Shown in pieces: positions 46,160 to 64,000 of a stretch of DNA of 64,000 nt. This stretch comes from Bugula neritina (Eukaryota; Animalia; Bryozoa). Positions within the stretch are counted from its first letter, which is position 1; every line of letters starts with the position of its first letter. The stretch is from contig OZ037771.1 of NCBI GenBank assembly GCA_964035545.1, positions 7,225,190 to 7,289,189 on the forward strand. Reading direction: 5' to 3'. The translations under genes were made by a program, and so were the position numbers. The notes below the pieces were generated by a model. It searched no databases. It worked only from the letters and a program-made list of their open reading frames with translations, and had not been told where the DNA came from.

Positions 46160-49100
46160 TGTGACCCAGTGGGAACGATTACTAATGGAAGGGTTAGCTA
46201 CTGGTGTCAAAACTACAAAAGAGATGTAGGAGAGGTATGTAGCATAACCTGCAAAAATGGCACAACTCTCAATAGTGTGCGCAAAAATCTCCCGACTGTA
46301 TATACGTGCAAAGAAAATGGAGAATGGTATCCCCCGGTATTTGAGCTTCAATGTGAATGTAAGTTGAAATCGTTTTAAATTATTTGCTTTAAAGTTTGTT
46401 GATTTTACCACTTAGGGGCAGTAGTAAAAAATTGAGAGAGCCTATAAGTTCTTTAATTGTATTAACAAGTTCTGGTTTGGGCGCAGGTTGAAATTGCATT
46501 AACACTTTTTTTCCTATATATACGCATGCATCAACTAGTTTTTTTGGCCTTAAAACTGAAGCTTGATCAAAAAATAATCTAAGTTAAAAAACCTTCAAGT
46601 TGATATAACATTGTTTTACTTCTTTAAAAAATTTTGGTCGTGAATATAGCTGTTGCTTGTCTTTTAAATTGTGTGAATTGTTTTTTAAGATCCTTACTGT
46701 AACAACTTGCCTCCCGTAAATGATAATGGCAAGTATCATGATTGGAAATGTGAAAAAACTTATAGACCGTACGGATCTTACTGTCAGGTGATCTGTGGAG
46801 ATGGATATGATTTGTATGGAGACTCATTTCAGTATCAGTGTGGCGACAACCAACAGTGGTCGCCATCACCTAACTCAATTGTTTGCGAAAGTAAGATTTG
46901 TAAATATGAGTCATGCACGATGTGTTTAGATAATCACATAAGTAATTTTAAGCTAACCGAGTTTTACCAGTAAACATATAGCATTCAGCACTAACTAAGT
47001 AAACGTGTGTTGTAAATTTAAATAAATCAAATTGCTGTGCCAAAAAAACTTTGTTATTATAGAGGCATGCCCACCACTTAGTCCAGTAAGCAATGGCAAA
47101 ATAACTCCAGATGATTGCTTAGCAAAGAAGCAACAGATACGAAGTTCTTGTGATGTCACGTGTAACTATGGGTATAGACTAGTCGGGATAGATAACAGAT
47201 ATGTATGCCAGCTAAATGGCAAATGGGATATTGACCAAAACACTTTATTCTGTGAACGTAAGGAAACTTTATCTGATCTACTCTTAATTAGTAAAGTAAG
47301 CTTATGTTGTTTGAACAAGCAGAAACTAGTTTTTAATTTACTATAATGCTTATTGTCTTACAACTAGCTAATGTTGTGGGTTCAAACGCTGTTATAGCCA
47401 TTTAATAACGAACATATGTAAACTAAAATTATTCTGTGAGCAGCAAATTATGTGTATTCAGAGCTTAAACATAAAAGTATTCGCAACCAAAACTGCATAA
47501 GCAATTTGAAGGAAGTTTGTTATATTTTGACAATTTTCAAATAGAGCTTTGACCAGTTAATTATTTTATTTGAAAATGACAAGTTATGCTCTATCAAATT
47601 ATAATAGTATGCTGTTTCAAAAGCTGGTTCACTAATTCTTTTTAAGCATTTTTACTGGTATTTATGGTATTGCATTCATTTGCTTATTATAATATATTTT
47701 TATTGTATTTATTTATTGTATTTACTTTTTTTAATATTTAAAACGAATGTCTCGTATTTCTTATAACTTTCACTTTATGATAACAAATAAACTTTAAAGC
47801 AGTTATAGTATGGCAATAACTCCACTGCTTGAAAGAAGAAATATTTTACTGATTATATCTTTTAGCTTATTTGTGCCCTGCACTGCATGCAGTTGAGCAT
47901 GGGAAATATCAAAACAGTAAATGTGTTCAAGGACCAAACTTTGTGGATGAGATTTGCCAACTACAATGTGATGAAGGTTACATGCCAGATAGTCAAAAAA
48001 CTACGTTTAAATGTAACTTAAATGAAAAGTGGACTCCAACTCCAAATACTGTTAAATGTGCAGGTATAGTCTTATGAAATAACTTTTAGTTATATATTTT
48101 TGGCCAGAAACTTTTTTTCAGGATTAATCATATGTTGACGTTTTTAGTTTTGATTCTATGTTTATTTAATTTTGAAAGAATAATGGGGACATTTATTATT
48201 CCAAGGTTAAATGGAGCTTGAAATTTTATGTCTGTTTTTATAAAAGCACAATAAAACCTCAAAATAAACTTATATTACAGCAACATGTAGTCCACTTAGT
48301 AAAATAAACAATGGTGAAGCTTCTAGCGGGTGTCATGACAACGTACAGCTAGAGGGGAAAGTGTGTGAGGTCACTTGTGATACTAATTTTGCTCTCTTCA
48401 GTTTGACATCAAGTCACTCATTCAGATGTGATGAGACAGGAAATTGGTTTCCACAAGAGAGCGGCATAGTTTGTGAACGTATGTTCACTTACCTATAAAC
48501 TGATTAGCATTTATGACAATTTCGTTGTGGAATTTACTTTAAACACGATGCGAAGACGTTATTGCAAAAAGTTGTTTAAAATAAATTAAAGATAACACAA
48601 TTTTGTATGCTAAGCAAAAGATGGGATAGATAGATAAATGGATATTACTGATTTTATTCCATAAATCGTCTGTTCAGTATTATGGCTGCTTGCATATCAT
48701 ATGTTAGATAATGCGGTATTTCATATTTATTCTACTTTAAAAGTTGATATAGTCAGTATGAGCTAATTACTTTTAAGCCACAATTTTCCAATACTTGGAA
48801 CAGTACCAGGTACTTTTGAGACTTTAAATTTGCTCCAATAGATGAATCACCCAAACTCATGCTTTTGATTTGCTTCAACAATATTTTCTTTATAGCCAAG
48901 CAGTGACTTCTTTACTTGTTGTTAAGGTTGGACAGCTAAACCTGTTACCTAAAAGTTGTCAGATATTTATTTAATAATCTTTTACATTGCCCTTTTAGAT
49001 GCTGATTGCCCACCGTTGAGTAGTGTGCAGAATGGTGGGTTTATGGATGAAGGTTGCATTGCAAATTCACATTTCTATGGAGATATCTGTACAGTTAAAT

Positions 49101-49600
49101 GTGACAATGGCTATAAACCATCTATGCAATCAGCAAGCTATAAGTGTTTCTCAAACAAGCAATGGAGTCCTGCAGCAAACACTATCACTTGCAAAAGTAA
49201 TTATTTGTATCTTATTTATTATTGTAAAATTAACTTTCCGTATGCGCTAAGAATATTTGCTAACAAAATTATAGAGGCTTTAAAATCAATATAATGCCCT
49301 AGATAACCTATAAAAGACTTCCTTTCCAGGCAAAATATATTTAAAATGAGAAGCCACAGAAAGCTGGCTAATAAACATTATCAATTCAAGTCAACAATAA
49401 TATTTTACTTTAAGAAAATTGCCAAAAAATTTGATGACTGTAACAGAGTTTTTAGCAAAGATTATATTGACATAGACGAAATCTGCTCAATTGCATTTTA
49501 CAATAGTTTAGAGCGCCGTATTCATGTAGCTGAAGCTAGGATTATATTTAGCAAACTTGCTAATGTTGACTTTCTGATTCATTGAAAATATCATACAAAA

Positions 49601-49803
<203 letters not shown>

Positions 49804-52800
49804 TATATATATACAAACATGCTTGTTTGAAAAGGCTAGACATACAGCATATTTTTTTATTTTATTTAGCCGGTTGTCCACCACTGAGTACCATAAAGCA
49901 TGGCAACTCATCCAGGGAGTGTCATAGTGAGTTTCAGAACCAAGGGAAAGTTTGCAAAGTCACTTGCAACTCCGTCTCCCAAATATCACAAGTGAACTCT
50001 CACTATTTCTGCGCCAGTGGCGGGAGTTGGATACCACCGGACAAAACCCTTTATTGCAATGGTATATTGTGTAATACACTTACTGTATAGCATTTAATTA
50101 ATAATATGTTTCTGTTAGCCAATTTGTTTTAGTTATTCAAGTGGCCAGTTTTATCTTGCATGTGTTTTGCAAGACAGTGGTAATTCACATAGTATAGATA
50201 TGGTCATCATCAGTAAGAAAATCATAAATTTATCACTACGATCTACATATTCTGAATTTTAGTATATATTGATGCTTTATGGGTAGTGTGTATGTTGCCT
50301 ACATTTTATAATTTAGCTGAAGGGCTGTACCTAGTCACATTCTAATTCTGCAACCCTTTTTATAAGCAAGCACAGAGCTCCGTGTGTTATCCTAAATTTA
50401 TATTTAATAATAAAATGCGCAATACATTCTTTTTGTAAACGTAACCATTTTTGAGCAAAAGCAAAGAATAATTGTGGTAGTCTGTAAATTTAGTATGTAA
50501 GTCAACAAAGGCAGGTTAGTCTTAACATAACAGTCGGGTTACTGCTAGCAGTCAAAGATTAAAGCTCCGTGTGGTAGTTGTAAAACACATCAGCATATTT
50601 TCTTCATGTCTGCTTCATAAATGATTTATCAAATAAAGCTTATGAAACTGCTAGTTTTCAAAGCTTCCTTCATCAGCATAATATGTACTATATATCATGC
50701 AGCTACGTAAATTGTTTTAAAGCACTCAATGTATTTCAACTTTGTCAAATATTTCATGAGCTGCAGACTCAGCTGAAAAATTCTGACTCGTAACTGATCT
50801 TTTATATTCATAAGTCTAACCAAATCTTGTGCTCAAGTTTTTAGATTTTGAAATATAACTGATCGAAACTTATAAGGATAGCTGTCAGCTTGTTTGAGTT
50901 CGTCGTAAAGTATTGGCCAAAATTATATTTGTATTGTTAGTACACTGCATCTTCACCTGCATGGGCAGATTTGAAAATATTTTACAGGCTTTTAGTAGTC
51001 CTATATTTTCATCAACTGCTGACACCTGAAAAAATTGTTTTTTGACTAGTTTGTTTATGTCCATGATGTCTATACACAAATTTTAACATGTCTAGGAAAC
51101 TAGGGCTTTTCTACTAGAATAGACATTTGTTGCAGTATCTAACTTGAAAGTACCTAGGGTAGTTGTTGACTGCTACTTTGATCTCCTATATGTCTATAAA
51201 GTTGCATTTTCTATATGCAAGTTTTTACAAACAATAGGCTATCATTACAAACTGCTTAAGTGATCACTACAATATTTGTTCACTGTGGTTGGAAGTGAGA
51301 CATTTTCATGCCTATCCTCCATTCTGCATTTTTGGTTAGACAATCTAAGGCATCTTTGAATAGTTGGACAACATCAATTCCTGTTCATAAGCATAAATTG
51401 GTCTGTTTTGCTTATTTTTATGGGTAAAGTTTTTGCCCATACAAATAGACATTTTTAATGTAGTGTTTTATATAGTGGACTTTCCTGAGAGACTAGTTTT
51501 CTTTTTCTATAATATTATAACTATCTTTGACTACTCATAACATAATAAAATCTCTCAAAATTTCATTAACTGAAGGGCTAAGCTTCCTCGGTGGTTAAAA
51601 CTGCATTTTTCTGCTTCTCTCTACTCTGAAGAGAAATCTCCAAAGTTATATCACAGTTGTTGACATTCCTGTTATGTAAAATGAGTTTTTGTACCACCAT
51701 TTTATTGTCTATAGTTGTTTTTCACTGCTACCATCAAGTGTGACTGCATGGTGCCTAAAATTATAAAACAGTTAAATTATTCTTAGTTGAGAATTTGTTA
51801 TACTCTAACTAGGAGAGGGGGATGAATTCTTTTAATTAGTGGTTTCCTAAGGTGAATAAAGCATAACACCAAAAAAAAGAAATTTATATATTTTCTTGAT
51901 TGCAGTGGATATAAAATAAACCTGAATCAAAATGATGCTGTTCTTTTACACTTTATATTATAGACCTGTACAATTTTTACATTTGTTCAATGTAATAAAT
52001 ATTGTCTATTTTTGTAGCAAGAGCATGTGTGCCACCAAGTGGTACAAATGGAAAACTACTGCATTCGGATGGTTCCACAGTAGATGTTTATGAACTTGGA
52101 AGAAAGTACACACTCTTTTGTAATGGACAATATAAACTAACCTCACTGAATAGAAGTTCTGAAGATTTAACATGGCAGTGCAGTAAAAGTGGGGACTGGT
52201 TGCCAGCATCTGCATGTCTAGGTAATCATTCAACTATTATCTCTATTTAATTATATACTCGTGGTATATATATTATATAAATCGTTGATTTCTGGCTTGT
52301 TTAGTAGAATATGTCACTGATATAATATATAAGCTTTACATTATTAAAGGTTAGTATAATTATTTTTTCAACTGTTAGTTCAAACCTGCTACTTTACACT
52401 GAGGTGCATTGTGTATTGCTTTTTTTCAATAACCTATGAATAATTGTAAAACAAAGTATAGTTGATGTTTATATACTCTGCTTTCCTATTATAATTTTTA
52501 GCTACTGCGAACCTAACTTCACTCATTATACTTGGATGTGTAGCATGGACACTCATTCTGTTTGCTGCTTTGGGTTATAGTATATACAGGTAATATATTG
52601 TATTATATATATCTTTTTGTTTTAAACTAGCTTAAAATGCATTTGCATTTTCTATCTCAAAATATAGCTTGAAAAAAAATTTATCAAAAGATATAATTTT
52701 ATGTAATGAGAATTAAATATTTTAACTCGTACAATAAAACTTCTATAACTTGTATATAATAGTTTTATATCAATGTAAAACTCTAGGCTATGCATGCTTT

Positions 52801-54469
52801 GGATAAGCGTTTCACAAATGAGTATAAAATGAGATTAACAAAACCAGAGAACCACTCCAACAAAACAGCATTTAATTTCTAGCCAAAAACATGACTCCTT
52901 AAATCTTATAGAATTATATGACTTAAAAATAAGTGATAAATTGAGCCTTTTATACCTATGAAACCTTATTTTTATATAAAATAGCTGAGAATATAAATCT
53001 TGCATCAGAAAAAAGCATTTATAACTTTAATAACTTTACTAAACTAAGATCAAACAACCTAAAAATATGAATATGTTGTTTTTACAAATGTCTAAATGCT
53101 AAAAACTCTTGGAAGATTTATTTTGTTTTAACTTGTAGATGTAGAGGGGGTGATTACCTTGTGAAAAGGCAAAAGAAATCTACTTTACAAATACTGCAAC
53201 AGCCATCTGTTACATCATACAATACAACAATGTATAAACAATCTCAGTTAACAACTTTATCAAAGTTTTGATTCAGTAATCACTTTGTTTAAAAATATAG
53301 CATTTTCTGTTTATTATTATATCAATTTTCTTCAGCCTGCAAAATCATTAATTCGATACTGTTCTTATATGACGCTAATCATTGAGTTATTTTAAACTTA
53401 TTAAATTTTAAAGACATATAATAGTTATTATTGTAAACATGTGTGCGTTGTGTGCTATTCTTAGCCACTGCAACTTGCAGCTTGATCACCTAATTAACTG
53501 ACGTGTAAATTTCAGGCTTCAACATGTTGCTTATATATGCAATTGTCGAACCTATAATTTAAGCCACTAAACTTGTATAAGTTCCACTGTATAGCATAGC
53601 ATAGTAACTTTCTGTTGTTAATATATATAGTAACACATCTATAAATCACCAGGTGAGCAGTTGTTAAACTTATTTTAAGCTGAGATTTGAAGAGGAGACA
53701 AATCTTATTCATAACAAAAAATGTTGTTAAGTTTGTAATAGTTGTGTGAACAGATTTATGAGTTTATCATTTGCAATGCTTTTGTTATTGACTAAAAATA
53801 GGTTATGGCTCTAAAATGCTGCCAAATAACCTTTAATTTTATTTAAAATAAATTTTCCAAAAAAGATTTACCCAAATGAACTTTTTTACCTGGAAAAGTG
53901 TAAGTAAAGCATTTAAATAAGCAAAATATCTGTTGCGGTCAGTAATAGGTTGAAAATTATATTTCCTTCAATGGGTAACATGCTTAATGTATTTTCACTT
54001 TTTCAGTAAAACCTTTAATTATGTATCTCATTATTCTTGAAGGCGAAGCAAATCAATAATTGTCTTTTTTGTTATATAATATAATCATTATAATATGCTA
54101 CTGATTGTTAATCTCCGAGTCATAACGTTTTGCATTAACTTCCTCATATTAGAGGTTGACTTACAGATATTGGGCAAGGTTTTAAGAGGCGCATCATAGC
54201 CAAAAATTTAGTTAATATACGTTATTATTTTGGAATATTTGTATACCTATATAAAACTTTATTCACAAAGAATATTTCTAAAGATTGTCAGGTGAGCAAA
54301 GTCTACAGAATGCCTTTTTTGTCAGACATTTTCTATGTTTTCTAAGCTGCCATGTTTTGCTTAAGCATTCAGAATACGAATTTCTAAAATATTATATAAT
54401 GAACATATTATATGGTGTTAATTTTTTAATTTATGATTTACAACATTCCTTTTTTATTGTGACAATTGT

Positions 54470-54501
<32 letters not shown>

Positions 54502-54504
54502 AAT

Positions 54505-54565
<61 letters not shown>

Positions 54566-54585
54566 TGTGGGCCATGGTACTCTGT

Positions 54586-54632
54586 TCTGTGCTGATGAGG
54601 GGACAAATCCCGAAACAGCTGCTGTCCACAGA
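54586..54632 (+). ncRNA. Type I hammerhead ribozyme (minimal)
   Basis: Stem I UCUGUG/CACAGA, core CUGAUGA, stem II GGGA-caaa-UCCC, GAAA, stem III ACAG-cug-CUGU. Cleavage triplet GUC (after 54626). Confidence 0.85.
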
Positions 54633-54856
54633 TTTAGATATTACGCTCTCATTTAATGCTCAGCAATGACATTAAATGATTGAGCACTCTCACCATGGTC
54701 ACAAACTCAAGCTGCTAGCATTTTGCAATGCTCGTGACCCCTAGGTGACCCCTAGAGTCACTTGAGCACTCTGGCTTGAGTTTACACACCTTTTAAATAT
54801 GCTTTAGTAAAATTATAAGTTTTACTATTGCGAAGGTGTGTGCCATGGTACTCTGT

Positions 54857-54903
54857 TCTGTGCTGATGAGGGGACAAATCCCGAAACAGCTGCTGTCCAC
54901 AGA
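54857..54903 (+). ncRNA. Type I hammerhead ribozyme (second identical copy)
   Basis: Identical to 54586-54632. Predicted cleavage after 54897. Confidence 0.85.
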
Positions 54904-54905
54904 TT

Positions 54906-55026
<121 letters not shown>

Positions 55027-56508
55027 CAATAATATACAAATGTAGAGGCTATAACACAATATTTAAATATAAATAGATAGTCTATAGACTATATAAAGTC
55101 TAAATATAAATATAATTTATATTTACTGTATAATATGTGCATGCGTATCTGTGTACAGCTGCTACAAAATATTTTTTTATTTTATACCATTCATCGTTTT
55201 AAATTTTCCTCTGCAAATGCTAAAAGTTTTTAATTAAAGCTGAAGGTATATATTTTAGTTTGATATTTAAAGCGGGAAATTACCAAACCATTTCCCTTTG
55301 TGCATGTGTTATTGTAACAAATATAGGCCAAATATGCATTGCAAGTCTGACAAGTAACTAAAGCCAACCTTTGAATAAAGACTTTTTCTTGTTTCATTTT
55401 CAATTTGTCAAATGTGGTTAGTTCAATTTCAACCTTTTATATGCAAAGTGAAAACTAGCATTTTCAATCCTTACAGCAACATATTATTTGATTTAAATCA
55501 TTATTTTCTGCTGCTATTTCTCTGGATGTCAATATGTATACTGTTTACAAAATATTTAATGCAAAGCTTCCAATTCAATGTATAGATCTTCTTTTAGGCT
55601 TCATAGGCAATTTATAAGCAATGAATCGTTTCACTGCACATAATTTTCAATATATTATGTCATTATCATTGTTGCTTTTTCAGTTATATTTTTAAACAAA
55701 ATACCATACTCACATATTACTAGCAGATATCCTATTGTTGACCATTGTTGAACGACATAAATTAAAGGTGCTTTTACAAACTTAAAAATATGTTTAAGCT
55801 TTTGGTTATAAGTTTAATAATCAGAGACACTTTGGTTTACGCGTATGACCGACCACCTAATAGAGGTATTAGTACAACATTTATATATTTGCAATACTAA
55901 TTTTTACTTGAAGAAAATTTAATACCTCAAAATGATTTCTTATACATTCTTAGTTGAACAACATCTCAGTTTTGAAAAGCATTGATAAAAATATATTGAA
56001 AAATTCTTCTATGTATAGCTTGTCTTTGTTTAGCAAAACCCACTTAAAATCACTAAACATCTTTTGGCCATATGTTCCTACATTTTGAAGTTTTACCAGC
56101 AACTAGTTTAATTTGTATCAGTCAATTTGCCTTAGGCTAATTAGCAATTACAAGCATGCACTGAAAAAATCTTAATATATAAGGAGTATTTTAATCCAAC
56201 TACATAAGACTTTTTTTATTAAAGGAGTTCAAATATCGAAAAGACTTATAATTTTATTTATAATACTATGTAGACTGTTTGTCTTTTATGAATACACTTT
56301 GTGTTCCTTTTTAATTAATTGCAATTAGAAAATATCCACTCATTGAGATAGTTAAAGTGCTGAATAGTGTATAGTTATATGGCTAAGACAGCAATATCTT
56401 TAGGTCAAAACAGATTTTCTGCAATATTTAGATTTAAGTGTTGAATAATGATTTTATAATGTTTTGTCAACTAACAAACATGCTAAAATAAATATTTTGT
56501 CATTTTAG

Positions 56509-63688
<7,180 letters not shown>

Positions 63689-64000
63689 GTAAAATATATA
63701 TTAGCAAAAATTTTATATAATATGTAGTACACACAATGCATTTAAAATCAATGCAATTGAAACACTTTTATGGTTTTGAAATTTTGTAAAACATCAGTTT
63801 TACAGATCTGTCTTTGGGTGTAGGTTACATACGTATCAAAACTTAAACCATAGTTTATTAGATTACACTCTCTATTTTACTACAAACTGTACATGATAAG
63901 AGACCTTCTAGGTAGCATTGTTTTTTATTTTATATTATACATATATTGCCAATAGAGTCTTATTATAATTTCATAAGCTATATTGTATTTTCAATACTAT

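Noticed and set aside
31318-46358. Idea that the virus deliberately knocked out its own CCP-type receptor (by analogy with CD46 and adenovirus)
   Set aside because: A single insertion with no binding evidence. Random integration explains it equally well.

Overview
AT-rich, intron-rich animal (invertebrate-type) genomic DNA with two main components. (1) A tandem array of five paralogous multi-exon + strand genes (A-E) for type-I membrane proteins. Each is built from a signal-peptide exon, a variable number of one-exon CCP/Sushi domains (mostly 6-Cys type), an optional FN3-like block, a membrane-proximal CCP, a TM exon and divergent tails. This is a candidate immune/self-recognition receptor cluster. 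(2) An apparently intact and very young 14.8-kb Polinton/Maverick (adintovirus-type) element at 31329-46159. It has 637-bp TIRs, a TGTGAC target-site duplication and 16 open ORFs (pPolB, PLA2-integrase-chromo, packaging ATPase, major/minor capsid, adenain-like protease and others), and it sits inside the first CCP exon of gene D. Notable features of the element: 15 of 16 genes start at TAAATG (a poxvirus late-promoter-type motif); an AAAAAATGA early-promoter-like motif precedes polB; hairpins mark 3' ends; each terminus is a 104-nt hairpin; and four terminal fibre/spike-like genes share one N-terminal peptide. Together these suggest a virophage-like element transcribed by a helper large DNA virus (inference). 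A 271-nt unit bounded by two hammerhead ribozymes (retrozyme-like) lies in (TA)n at about 54.6-54.9 kb. SINEs, a hAT-type MITE and satellites are also present. Exon boundaries were read by eye.
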